This document shows, one piece after another, positions 55,201 to 64,000 of a stretch of 64,000 nucleotides of DNA. Position 1 is the first letter of the stretch. Each line of letters opens with the position of its first letter. The position numbers and the translations under genes are program-made. The notes under the pieces are model-generated. The model made no database searches. It worked only from the letters and a program-made list of their open reading frames with translations, and was not told the DNA's origin. This DNA comes from an uncultured Melioribacteraceae bacterium (GTDB lineage: Bacteria; Bacteroidota; Ignavibacteria; Ignavibacteriales; SURF-24). The stretch covers positions 3,913 through 67,912 of the forward strand of contig CBDUBH010000003.1 of the NCBI GenBank assembly GCA_965365345.1, in the 5' to 3' direction.

Positions 55201-55788
55201 ATGGATAAGAAGAAATTTATTACAGATTCTCTTGTTGAAAGCAGCGATGTTAAAATAAAAATTCAAAATGAATGTATGAATGATATTCTTGAAGCGGTTG
55301 ATATAATTTGCCGTGCTTATAGAAACGGACACAAAGTTTTACTTTGCGGTAACGGCGGAAGCGCGGCCGATTCTCAACACATCGCAGCGGAATTGATGAT
55401 AAGATTAAGTCATCACGTAGAAAGACCGGCACTCCCCGCGATTGCTTTAACAACGGATACATCAAATTTAACCGCCGGCGGAAATGATATCGGCTTTGAA
55501 AATGTTTTTGCAAGATTGGTTGAAGGATTGGGACAACCGGGCGATATTTTACTTGCAATTTCAACAAGCGGAAATTCACAAAACATAATTAAAGCAGTTG
55601 AAGCTGCAAAACAAAAAGCCATGAAAGTTGTTGCGTTTTTGGGCGGCAGCGGCGGAAAGTTAAAACCAATGGTTGATCAATCAATTGTAATTCCTTCTTC
55701 AAATACCCAAAGAATTCAGGAAGGACACATTACCGTTGCGCATATTATTTGCGAGCTTGTTGAAAATGAATTGTATGTAAAATCATAA
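55201..55788 (+). CDS. gmhA: D-sedoheptulose-7-phosphate isomerase (SIS domain)
   Basis: LLCGNGGSAADSQHIAAEL, LAISTSGNS and QEGHITVAHIICE. Confidence 0.9.
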   Translation: MDKKKFITDSLVESSDVKIKIQNECMNDILEAVDIICRAYRNGHKVLLCGNGGSAADSQHIAAELMIRLSHHVERPALPAIALTTDTSNLTAGGNDIGFENVFARLVEGLGQPGDILLAISTSGNSQNIIKAVEAAKQKAMKVVAFLGGSGGKLKPMVDQSIVIPSSNTQRIQEGHITVAHIICELVENELYVKS

Positions 55789-56015
55789 TTGAAATTTCAG
55801 TTTATAGATTTCGATTTTTGAAATCTTGCGCCGATGAATTATAATTTTTGATTATAAAAATGTTCTACAATACAGACTTTGATTTTTTGATTTAAAATAA
55901 TCATTCGCTTGTTTTCAATATTTTCCTAATCAAAATTGAAATTGACTTTATTTTATCGGCATAATAATTTAAATTCATTATAAAATTGTTTACTAACCCA
56001 AAAAGCGAGGGTAAA

Positions 56016-58283
56016 ATGACCGCAGATTTTGAAATGATCAAAAATGTTTATGAAAATCTTGATGATAAAATTTCAAAGATTAGAAAAGTAATAGGCAGAC
56101 CTTTAACTCTTACCGAAAAAATATTATACTCACATTTGTGCACGCCGCTTACAAAAGAATTTAAAAGAGGACAGGATTATGTTGATCTTGCTCCCGATAG
56201 AGTTGCAATGCAGGATGCAACCGCACAAATGGCACTTTTACAATTTATGCACGCAGGTAAAAAAACAACGGCAGTTCCTTCAAGCGTTCATTGCGATCAC
56301 TTGATACAAGCCAAGATTGGAGCCGATGAAGATCTTAGCACTGCTTTAGATGAAAATAAAGAAGTATATGATTTTCTTGAAAGCATTTCGCGCAAATACG
56401 GAATAGGATTTTGGAAACCCGGCGCGGGAATAATTCATCAAGTGGTACTGGAAAATTATGCATTCCCCGGCGCGTTGATGATCGGAACAGATTCGCATAC
56501 ACCAAACGCCGGCGGACTTGCAATGCTTGCAATAGGAGTTGGCGGTGCAGATGCCGTTGATGTTATGGCAGGAATGCCTTGGGAAGTTAAATGGCCCAAA
56601 ATTATCGGTGTAAAATTAACAGGAAAAATGAGCGGATGGACCTCTCCGAAAGATGTGATCTTAAAGCTTGCCGGAATTTTGACAGTAAAAGGCGGAACCG
56701 GTGCTATAGTAGAATATTTTGGTGAAGGAACAAAATCAATTTCAGCAACAGGTAAAGCAACCATTTGTAATATGGGTGCTGAAATTGGGGCTACTACTTC
56801 TGTATTTCCTTTCGATGATAAAATGGCTGAATATCTTAAAATTACAAACCGGGATGATGTAGCTGATCTTGCAAAAAAAATGGAACATAATTTAACTTCT
56901 GATCCGGAAGTTTTTGAAAATCCGCAAAATTATTATGATAGTATAATTGAAATTGATCTTGATCAACTTGAACCTCATGTAAACGGTCCTTTTACTCCTG
57001 ATCTTGCAATTCCGGTTTCGGAAATGAAAAAAGTCGTTGAAGAAAAAAATTATCCTGATAACATTAGTGTCGCACTTATTGGAAGCTGCACAAATTCAAG
57101 CTATGAAGATATTGACCGCTCTGCCAGCATTGCAAAACAAGCACTTTCAAAAGGTATAAAAGCAAAATCGCAATTTACTATAACTCCCGGTTCAGAAAAA
57201 GTCCGCGCTACAATTGAACATGACGGACAACTTGAGATTCTTACAGAATTCGGCGGTGTTGTTTTAGCAAATGCTTGCGGTCCTTGCATCGGAATGTGGA
57301 AAAGAATGGATATTCAAGATGGAGAAAGAAATACAATTGTAACTTCTTTTAATCGTAATTTTGCTAAAAGAAATGATGGAAATCCTCAAACATTGGCTTT
57401 TGTTGCAAGTCCCGAATTAGTTACAGCGCTTGCAATCGGCGGTAAACTTTCATTCAATCCTTTAACAGATGAAATTGAAAATGAAAAAGGTGAAAAAGTT
57501 AAATTAGATCCTCCTCAGGGAAAAGAATTACCTCCGAATGGATTTAAAGAAGGCGATTCAGGATTTATTGCACCCGCAAAAGATGGCTCTTCTGTTGAAG
57601 TTATTGTTGATCCTAACAGCAGCAGGCTTCAGCTTTTGGAAAAATTCAAAGAATGGGATGGTAAAGATCTGACTGATTTGCCAATTCTTTTAAAAGCAAA
57701 AGGTAAATGTACAACGGATCATATTTCAATGGCAGGACCTTGGCTAAAATATCGCGGACATCTTGATAATATTTCAAACAACCTGTTTTTAGGCGCTGTT
57801 AATGCATTTACCGATAAAGCAGGCGAAGTTAAAAACACATTTACAGGTGAATATAAATCAACTCCTGAAGTTGCACGCGATTACAAAAATCGCGGTGTAA
57901 ATTGGATTGTTATCGGTGATGAAAATTACGGTGAAGGCTCAAGCCGTGAACACGCAGCAATGGAGCCAAGACATTTAGGCGGAAGAGCCGTGATTGTAAA
58001 AAGTTTCGCTCGTATTCACGAAACAAACTTGAAGAAACAAGGAATGCTTCCTTTAACTTTTGCCGATCCGAACGATTACGATAAAATTCAGGAAGATGAC
58101 AAATTAAGCATTACAGGTCTAACTGAATTTGCACCTGATTGTCAATTGAAGTTAATAATTAAACATTCTGACGGTTCAAAAGATGAAGCAATTTTAAATC
58201 ATACTTTTAATACTTCACAATTTGAATGGTTCAAAGCAGGAAGCGCTTTGAACTTAATAGCAAAAACAGAAAGCGAAGTTTAA
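56016..58283 (+). CDS. acnA: aconitate hydratase (monomeric ~755-aa, mitochondrial-type)
   Basis: Fe-S ligand motifs [18 protein letters not shown] and CGPCIGMW. C-terminal swivel domain [16 protein letters not shown] prefer the ATG at 56016 (preceded by gaggg) to the TTG at 55986. Confidence 0.9.
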   Translation: MTADFEMIKNVYENLDDKISKIRKVIGRPLTLTEKILYSHLCTPLTKEFKRGQDYVDLAPDRVAMQDATAQMALLQFMHAGKKTTAVPSSVHCDHLIQAKIGADEDLSTALDENKEVYDFLESISRKYGIGFWKPGAGIIHQVVLENYAFPGALMIGTDSHTPNAGGLAMLAIGVGGADAVDVMAGMPWEVKWPKIIGVKLTGKMSGWTSPKDVILKLAGILTVKGGTGAIVEYFGEGTKSISATGKATICNMGAEIGATTSVFPFDDKMAEYLKITNRDDVADLAKKMEHNLTSDPEVFENPQNYYDSIIEIDLDQLEPHVNGPFTPDLAIPVSEMKKVVEEKNYPDNISVALIGSCTNSSYEDIDRSASIAKQALSKGIKAKSQFTITPGSEKVRATIEHDGQLEILTEFGGVVLANACGPCIGMWKRMDIQDGERNTIVTSFNRNFAKRNDGNPQTLAFVASPELVTALAIGGKLSFNPLTDEIENEKGEKVKLDPPQGKELPPNGFKEGDSGFIAPAKDGSSVEVIVDPNSSRLQLLEKFKEWDGKDLTDLPILLKAKGKCTTDHISMAGPWLKYRGHLDNISNNLFLGAVNAFTDKAGEVKNTFTGEYKSTPEVARDYKNRGVNWIVIGDENYGEGSSREHAAMEPRHLGGRAVIVKSFARIHETNLKKQGMLPLTFADPNDYDKIQEDDKLSITGLTEFAPDCQLKLIIKHSDGSKDEAILNHTFNTSQFEWFKAGSALNLIAKTESEV

Positions 58284-58302
58284 TTAATAATGTTAAATAT
58301 AA

Positions 58303-58324
58303 AGCGGCTCAAAACTGAGCCGCT
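58303..58324 (+). terminator. rho-independent terminator after aconitase
   Basis: agcggctc-aaaact-gagccgct followed by tttttttatttt. Confidence 0.85.
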
Positions 58325-58414
58325 TTTTTTATTTTAAATATCCTAAAAAATAATTTTATTTTTTTTGAATAAAAATTATTTTGATGTGTATCATTACAGA
58401 AATGAAAAATTTTT

Positions 58415-58921
58415 ATGCAACGCACAATAGAATTTGAAAAAATAGTAAAAGCAAATATGAAGCGTGCTTATTTTACAGCGCTCGGTTTGCTCGGCTCACA
58501 TGATGATGCGATGGATGCTTCACAACAAGCATTTATAAAAGCTTATAATCATTTTGATAAATTTGATGCAAGCAAAAATTTTTTCACATGGTATTATAAA
58601 ATTCTGAAAAATGTTTGTCTAAATATGATAAGAAATAAAAAAAATAAGAAAGAAGATTCAATTTTTGAAGAACGATTTATAAATTCAAGTGCAGAAAACG
58701 AATTTGAAATTTTGGAAGAAAAAGAAAACATTAAATTAATTGAAAAAACAATTTATCAATTGCCCGAGGATGAAAGAGAGATTTTGATATTGCGTGAGTT
58801 TAACGGAATGAGCTATAAAGAAATTTCCGAAATGTTAAATATTCCTTCGGGAACAGTAATGTCAAAATTATTTTACGCACGAAAAAAATTAAGCATCAAA
58901 TTGAAAAAGACAATGTTATGA
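58415..58921 (+). CDS. ECF-type RNA polymerase sigma-70 factor
   Basis: Region 2 (DAMDASQQAFIKAY...FFTWYYKILKNVCLNMIR) and region 4 HTH (REILILREFNGMSYKEISEMLNIPSGTVMSKLFYARKKL). Confidence 0.85.
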   Translation: MQRTIEFEKIVKANMKRAYFTALGLLGSHDDAMDASQQAFIKAYNHFDKFDASKNFFTWYYKILKNVCLNMIRNKKNKKEDSIFEERFINSSAENEFEILEEKENIKLIEKTIYQLPEDEREILILREFNGMSYKEISEMLNIPSGTVMSKLFYARKKLSIKLKKTML

Positions 58922-59361
58922 ATGAAAGAAAAATTTTATTAATGGAAAAATATCTTAATGCCGAATGCAGCTCTGAAGAAAAAACAGAGTTTGAAAATTT
59001 ACTGATGAATGATAAACAATTACAACAGGAATTTGAAGAACAAAAAAACATGAAGGAGGTGCTTTCCAAAATGATATTTAAAGATCCGCCGAAAGAAATT
59101 TGGGATAATTACCGTCTTAATAATTACAATAAAGCCGAAAGAGGAATTGCATGGATAGCTATCTCAATCGGAGTAATGATTTTATTGGGCTTTGCTGGTT
59201 ACGAAGCTGTAAATAAATTTATAGCTGATGATCAAACTCCACCGTTTTTAAAACTCGGAATCGTTATTTTAGTGTTTGGATTTTTGGTGCTTCTCTTTTC
59301 AGTAATTAAAGAAAGAATATTCTTAAGAAAAAAAGACAAATACAAGGAGATCATAAGATGA
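58918..59361 (+). CDS. putative membrane anti-sigma factor
   Basis: 4-nt overlap with the sigma factor gene. The N-terminal cytoplasmic helix region (MEKYLNAECSSEEKTEFENLLMNDKQLQQEFEE) is followed by two TM helices. Assignment is by context. Confidence 0.5.
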   Translation: MNERKILLMEKYLNAECSSEEKTEFENLLMNDKQLQQEFEEQKNMKEVLSKMIFKDPPKEIWDNYRLNNYNKAERGIAWIAISIGVMILLGFAGYEAVNKFIADDQTPPFLKLGIVILVFGFLVLLFSVIKERIFLRKKDKYKEIIR

Positions 59362-59672
59362 TAGTTGTTACATCATCAACAATTCCCGGAAAAGAAATAA
59401 AAAAAGCTTTCGGTATTGTAAGAGGAAATACAATTCGCGCAAGAAATATCGGGCGTGATATTACTGCAGCATTGAAAAATATAGTCGGCGGTGAGATTCA
59501 CGAATATACAAAACTGATGGGAGAATCCCGTGAACAAGCAATTGACAGAATGGTAAAGCAGGCTCAGGAATTAGGAGCAAACGCAATAGTTGATTGCAGA
59601 TTTTCAACAAGTTATATAATGCAAAGCGCTGCTGAAATTCTTGTCTACGGAACAGCCGTTTACGTTGAATAA
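59358..59672 (+). CDS. ybjQ: YbjQ/UPF0145 family protein
   Basis: 104 aa. VTSSTIPGKEI....GIVRGNTIRARNIGRDI....KNIVGGE...YTKLM.ESREQAI.RM...A.ELGANAIV is the typical YbjQ pattern. Confidence 0.85.
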   Translation: MIVVTSSTIPGKEIKKAFGIVRGNTIRARNIGRDITAALKNIVGGEIHEYTKLMGESREQAIDRMVKQAQELGANAIVDCRFSTSYIMQSAAEILVYGTAVYVE

Positions 59673-59688
59673 TATTTAAAAACAAAAA

Positions 59689-59707
59689 AGCCCGCAAATT
59701 GCGGGCT
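59689..59707. terminator. bidirectional terminator between ybjQ and the HU gene
   Basis: aaaaaagcccgc-aaatt-gcgggctttt. Confidence 0.8.
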
Positions 59708-59727
59708 TTTATTTTAACATCTTATCA

Positions 59728-60177
59728 TTAAGGTTTTTTAGCTGCCTTTTTTGCAGGTGCTTTTGCTGCAGGTTTTGCTGCTGCTTTTTTAGGAGCTGCT
59801 GCTTTTTTAGTTGCTGCAGGTTTTGCTGCTGCTTTAGGAGCTGCTGCTTTTTTTGCAGGTTTACCGTTATCTTTAACCACAGGCATTTTACCTTCTAAAA
59901 TAGCATCCTTTGCTGCTTTGGCAACTCTGAATTTCAAAACTTTCTTAGCGGGGATTTGAATAATTGCACCGGTAGCGGGATTTCTTCCTTTTCTTTTTTT
60001 ACGAGATACAACCAACAACTTGCCTAAACCGGGAATTGTAAAAGATTTTTTTGCTTCTTTGTATGAAAGCATTACTAATTCTTCTACAAATTGTTTGGCA
60101 GTCTTTTTAGGAACGTCAGTTTTTTCAGCTAGATGATCAATGATTTGAGATTTGGTCATTGGTTTTGCTTGTGCCAT
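59728..60177 (-). CDS. hup: HU-family DNA-binding protein with Lys/Ala/Pro-rich histone-H1-like C-terminal tail
   Basis: HU fold (MTKSQIIDHLAEKTD...IPGLGKL.V..RKKRKGRNPATGAIIQIPAKKVLKFR) plus a ~50-aa tail KPAKKAAAPKAAAKPAATKKAAAPKKAAAKPAAKAPAKKAAKKP. Confidence 0.85.
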   Translation of the reverse strand: MAQAKPMTKSQIIDHLAEKTDVPKKTAKQFVEELVMLSYKEAKKSFTIPGLGKLLVVSRKKRKGRNPATGAIIQIPAKKVLKFRVAKAAKDAILEGKMPVVKDNGKPAKKAAAPKAAAKPAATKKAAAPKKAAAKPAAKAPAKKAAKKP

Positions 60178-60361
60178 GTCTGATCCCTTTAATTTATTGT
60201 TGTGTCATTGACTAAAATATAATTTTTTTTATTTAATGTAAATATTTATTTTAAAATAATACTGATTTTAGTCAATATTTATGGTATTATAGTGGTGTAT
60301 GGCTCATTTTAATGCCGTAAAATCAGCATCATATACAGATAAACAAGTTGGTTTTTAAATC

Positions 60362-62497
60362 ATGAATGCCTTAAAATTATTTTTGCTTTTTGCTTTTTTG
60401 CTTTTTTATTCAGCTGGCGGTTTTGCTCAAACCCTTGATAATATTGATTCAAATAAGGTTTTTACCGATACTGTTATTACTATTTCGGATTCAGTTAAAT
60501 TTTTATCTGATTCAATTAAGATAAGTTCTGATTCTGTTGCTGTAATTTCCGATACTTTAAATACAGATACACCTCAAAAAGACTCAACAAAAATTATTTA
60601 TAAAGAAATAATTCCTATTTATAATATTCCTTTTAATTCACATTCATTTTTTATCAAGCAGAATGAAATTGAAAATTATGGTTACCGGTATTCAGCAAAT
60701 CTTTTTGAATTTTTTCCTTTATCCTTTTTACGCGATCTTGGAATTTCAGGAATGCCCAATGAATTATTGATATATGGCACTGGGGCAAATGATATTTCAT
60801 TTATTTCTAATGGATTTACGGCAAACAACAGAATGTTTAATTCACTCGATCTCAATGAAATTCAATCTGAGCAAATCGATTCGATTGAAATTATTCCTTC
60901 ATACAAAAGCTTTATTTACGGCACTTCCATGAATTCCGTTGCAGTGAATTTCATAAATCTTGAAAGATTCGGAACATCACAATCGAAAGCGCCTTTCACT
61001 CGGATACGCTATTATCAGGCCCCAAGTGAAGAAGCAATGATAGATTTTATTTATAATGCTTTTGTTTCAAACAAGCTTACTCTTTTTTTTGATATTACAA
61101 ACCGCTCTGCCGATACAAGATTTACATCGCTGCGAAATTTTCCCGGGGCTGATTTTAACGCATCAAACTCCTGGAAAGCAACAGCACGAATTAATTATTT
61201 TCTTTCAAACAAATTTAATATCGGGATTGATTATAAACATATAAAACTTTATTCAAGTTTGTATGGTGGAATTTATATAGACAGCGTTCAAAATATAACA
61301 GAAAATATAAATGAACTGCTTTACAATAATGCTGAAGCACCTTTGAATTATGTCAATCGATATCAAAAAGTGAAATCTCATTTTTCACAAATAACATTCA
61401 CAAATAAATTTATTGAAAATAACACAAATAAAATTTCTGCTTATTTCAAATTTGATCAGACTGAATTCAGACTTAATGAAAATTCACAAGTTCCCGGTTT
61501 GCAACGGATTTTCAATAATAATAAATACAATTTATACGGGGTTGATGTCAATAATCATTACGAAAATAGAATCATCAATTTCAATACTTTTGCAAATTTT
61601 GAGAAAACCGATTTTGACCTTGATTTTATTGGTCGAAATAAATATTTAAATTCTTTTAAACTTTCAGGGACCGCTGGATTCAATCTTTTTAATAATTTAT
61701 TTTATCCATCTTTATTTGCAGGCTATCAAAATTACGATGGGAAATATTTCACAGGCAGTGGTGCAGATGTTAATTTAAGAATACTAAATTCATTTGTTTA
61801 TCATATCGGCTATTCTGATTTTCAAAAGCCTTACAGTCTTATCGAAAAAGAATTTTATAAAGAAAATGATCATTCATCCAAAGAAGTTTTTTCTTTTGAA
61901 ACGGGAATTAAATTCTCAGGTGAAAGTACATTAGCAAACTTAATTTATTTTTACAGAAACATTGAAAATGAATTAGTGCCGTTAATAAATCAAGATTCGA
62001 TTTCCGCTTTTCAGAAAGTTGAAAATCAAATTCACGGTGTGGGTTTAAAATTCAATCAAAAACTTTGGAAAATAATTTTAAACTTAAATCCGGCATTTTA
62101 TTATTCTGCATTTGATTCAAAAAGAAATTTCAGAATACCTGAATTTACTTTTAACGGTTCAATTTTTTATAACGATATTCTTTTTGATGACAACTTAAAT
62201 TTACACACCGGATTTTTATTGAAATCTTTTGGAAAGCTTGATTTTACAGGATATGATTTTGAAAGATACACTTCAGGAATAAATTCATATTTTGAATCAA
62301 ATGATTTTTTTTCAAATAGTTTTAAAACAAATTCTACTTTAATTGTGGATTTTTCTATCATTGGAACAATTCGTAGACAGGCAACTTTGTATTTTACGAT
62401 CGAAAATATATTTGATAAAAAATATTTCATCATTCCTTTTTATCCGATGTTTGAGCGCGGAATGCGTTTAGGATTTTCGTGGGAGTTTTTAAATTGA
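60362..62497 (+). CDS. large outer-membrane beta-barrel, TonB-dependent-receptor-like
   Basis: Signal peptide. Plug-like segment (IDSIEIIPSYKSFIYGTSMNSVAVNFI). Long beta-rich region ending ...RLGFSWEFLN. N-terminal SDS(V/I)K short repeats. Family assignment is tentative. Confidence 0.5.
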   Translation: MNALKLFLLFAFLLFYSAGGFAQTLDNIDSNKVFTDTVITISDSVKFLSDSIKISSDSVAVISDTLNTDTPQKDSTKIIYKEIIPIYNIPFNSHSFFIKQNEIENYGYRYSANLFEFFPLSFLRDLGISGMPNELLIYGTGANDISFISNGFTANNRMFNSLDLNEIQSEQIDSIEIIPSYKSFIYGTSMNSVAVNFINLERFGTSQSKAPFTRIRYYQAPSEEAMIDFIYNAFVSNKLTLFFDITNRSADTRFTSLRNFPGADFNASNSWKATARINYFLSNKFNIGIDYKHIKLYSSLYGGIYIDSVQNITENINELLYNNAEAPLNYVNRYQKVKSHFSQITFTNKFIENNTNKISAYFKFDQTEFRLNENSQVPGLQRIFNNNKYNLYGVDVNNHYENRIINFNTFANFEKTDFDLDFIGRNKYLNSFKLSGTAGFNLFNNLFYPSLFAGYQNYDGKYFTGSGADVNLRILNSFVYHIGYSDFQKPYSLIEKEFYKENDHSSKEVFSFETGIKFSGESTLANLIYFYRNIENELVPLINQDSISAFQKVENQIHGVGLKFNQKLWKIILNLNPAFYYSAFDSKRNFRIPEFTFNGSIFYNDILFDDNLNLHTGFLLKSFGKLDFTGYDFERYTSGINSYFESNDFFSNSFKTNSTLIVDFSIIGTIRRQATLYFTIENIFDKKYFIIPFYPMFERGMRLGFSWEFLN

Positions 62498-62613
62498 AAA
62501 GGTAAAACTGTGACCATACTCGTAAAATTGAACTTCCGGTTTAAAAATTAATTGATCAATAGTTTTAAACAAGATTAAGTAAATTATTTTATTAATTTTG
62601 ATTTTTTTATGAT

Positions 62614-63687
62614 TCATTTAATGAATTTTTCATTTAAAAATTCTTCTACTTTTTCATAAACAAGATCTAAACTCAAATCTTTTATGCATTTAAATTGCTT
62701 ATCATTTCTGTAGCAAATAAGCGGCTTCGGCGAATAAAAAAAGCAAGGCGCGCATTCTAAATCTATCGAAGCGATCTTGTAATTGGTATTCCACGGATGA
62801 ATATAATTTTGATTTGTCGGGCCAATAATTGCCACTACATTTAATTTTTGTGAAGAAGCCACGTGCAGCAAACTTGAATCATTTGTTATAAATAAATTGC
62901 AGCGTTTCATTATTGCGGCGCTTTCAGCAAGATTTTTTGTGTTTGCAATTTTAGCTTTTTCAGAATTAATTCCGCTAAAGATTTGATCTTTCAAATCTTT
63001 TTCTTCGGGTCCGCCAAAAAGTATAATTTTTGCATCATAATTTTGAATCAATCTTTTGCCAAGTTCAATAAATTTTTCCGGCTCCCATCTTCTGTTGATG
63101 TGATTTTTCAAAGTCGAACAGCCCGCATGGAATCCTATTACCAACTCATTTTCTGAAATTTTATTTTGAATGAAAAAATTTGCAGATGCTTTAATATCTT
63201 CTCCGTTTAAAGGAAATTCCAAATCCGGAATTTCAGTAAAAACTTTTCCCGAAATTTTTTCAATTAGTTTTATATTGTGAATTACATTATGAAGATCGTC
63301 ATTTTCTTTTATTCTGATATTATTTAAAAATCCGAAATTTTCCTTATCCATTCTTTTATATTTAACAGCAGCGCGTTTTTTCGCAGCTAATATCAAATTA
63401 AAAATGTTATATTCTTTTCTGTTGGATGGATAAACATTTATCGTAAGATCATATTTGCCGGTGAATTTCAAAAGATAAAATAAAGATTTAACAGCGCCTT
63501 CTTTCATAAAATTGAAATGAAATACTGAATTTATATTTTCATTTCTTTCATAAATATCTTTTACTCCGCCGTACATTACAAGCGCATCAATTTGTGCTTC
63601 GGGATAAGTTTTACGCAGTAATTTCAATGCCGGCGTAAACATTAACGCATCGCCGATTCCTGAAAGTGCATTTATAAGTATCTTCAT
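62614..63687 (-). CDS. glycosyltransferase family 9 (LPS heptosyltransferase-like)
   Basis: MKILINALSGIGDALMFTPALKLLRKTYPEAQID..., GFHAGCS and ITNDSSLLHVA are typical GT9 motifs. Confidence 0.75.
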   Translation of the reverse strand: MKILINALSGIGDALMFTPALKLLRKTYPEAQIDALVMYGGVKDIYERNENINSVFHFNFMKEGAVKSLFYLLKFTGKYDLTINVYPSNRKEYNIFNLILAAKKRAAVKYKRMDKENFGFLNNIRIKENDDLHNVIHNIKLIEKISGKVFTEIPDLEFPLNGEDIKASANFFIQNKISENELVIGFHAGCSTLKNHINRRWEPEKFIELGKRLIQNYDAKIILFGGPEEKDLKDQIFSGINSEKAKIANTKNLAESAAIMKRCNLFITNDSSLLHVASSQKLNVVAIIGPTNQNYIHPWNTNYKIASIDLECAPCFFYSPKPLICYRNDKQFKCIKDLSLDLVYEKVEEFLNEKFIK

Positions 63688-63736
63688 TTTAAAATATTCT
63701 TTTCAACTAATTGCTGTGAAATTTAATTCTTAAAAA

Positions 63737-63763
63737 AAGAGACGCTTAAAAAAGCGTCTCTTT
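63737..63763 (-). terminator. rho-independent terminator after the partial TPR-like gene
   Basis: aaagagacgct-taaaaa-agcgtctcttt, flanked by A/T runs. Confidence 0.75.
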
Positions 63764-63769
63764 AATTTT

Positions 63770-64000
63770 TTATTTTGCGGTATCAGAATTTTGCGGTGTT
63801 CTGTTTTGCATCATACTTCTGTAACGCTGCAATTCGCTTTCAATTCCCGCATCATCCGGGAATACTGTTTTTAATCTTTCAAAAACTTCAACTACTTTAT
63901 CGTATCTTCCCTGTTCATCGTAGATCTGTATTAAAATTCTATATGGATTGAAAAATCCCTGAACATCACGCGGATTATTTTCAATCATTTGCCAAGCGGT
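63770..64000 (-). CDS. C-terminal part of a TPR-like protein (ORF open to the window edge)
   Basis: The frame stays open upstream of the listed Met (63988) to base 64000. ...FNPYRILIQIYDEQGRYDKVVEVFERLKTVFPDD is TPR-like. Confidence 0.4.
   Translation of the reverse strand, partial: TAWQMIENNPRDVQGFFNPYRILIQIYDEQGRYDKVVEVFERLKTVFPDDAGIESELQRYRSMMQNRTPQNSDTAK

Noticed and set aside
55789-56015. Possible Fur/iron box or other operator upstream of aconitase (several short A/T-rich inverted repeats such as gattttttgatttaaaataatc)
   Set aside because: The matches to the Fur consensus are only partial, and such A/T palindromes are expected by chance in this AT-rich DNA. I cannot support the call without a position-weight-matrix scan.
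1-64000. tRNA, rRNA, tmRNA, RNase P or other structured RNA genes; transposases, integrases or prophage genes
   Set aside because: I scanned all intergenic gaps longer than 100 bp by eye. The only GC-rich structured segments are the repeat-family hairpins and terminators listed above. No cloverleaf-like sequences or mobile-element ORFs were seen. A tRNAscan/Infernal run would confirm this.

Overview
AT-rich chromosomal segment. Gene content (S46 and M16 peptidases, UpxY-like NusG paralogue, fused CrtYcd cyclase, CruF, four-helix-bundle protein) suggests an FCB-group bacterium such as Ignavibacteria or Bacteroidota; that placement is inference only. It is mostly core metabolism. Main features: (i) a complete his operon hisG-D-C-B-H-A-F-IE on the minus strand (15.4-22.3 kb), preceded by an unlisted His-rich leader peptide and terminator that look like an attenuator. 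(ii) A nine-gene carotenoid cluster (32.4-40.6 kb: crtI, crtB, unknown ORF, crtYcd, crtD-like, acyltransferase, GT2, cruF, crtW), predicted to make a monocyclic keto-carotenoid acyl glycoside. (iii) A block of secreted peptidases (S46, an S1-like protease with a stand-alone prodomain paralogue, an M16 pair). (iv) Envelope/LPS genes (gmhA, GT9 heptosyltransferase, GlmU-like, AsmA-like, OM barrels). (v) Housekeeping genes (rpsT, tex, aconitase, cobB, ogt, HU). I saw no tRNA or rRNA genes, CRISPR arrays, transposases, integrases or recognisable defence systems. The least explained signal is a dispersed intergenic repeat system. It consists of quasi-tandem ~9-nt AAGATTnnA arrays, usually joined to GC-rich GTCATT...AATGAC hairpin modules. 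The arrays start inside or directly at the stop codons of at least seven genes, and as inverted pairs they bracket hairpin nests or single genes (a four-helix-bundle gene and a lipoprotein gene). I could not identify a clear novel multi-gene protein system; the best candidates are listed with modest scores.
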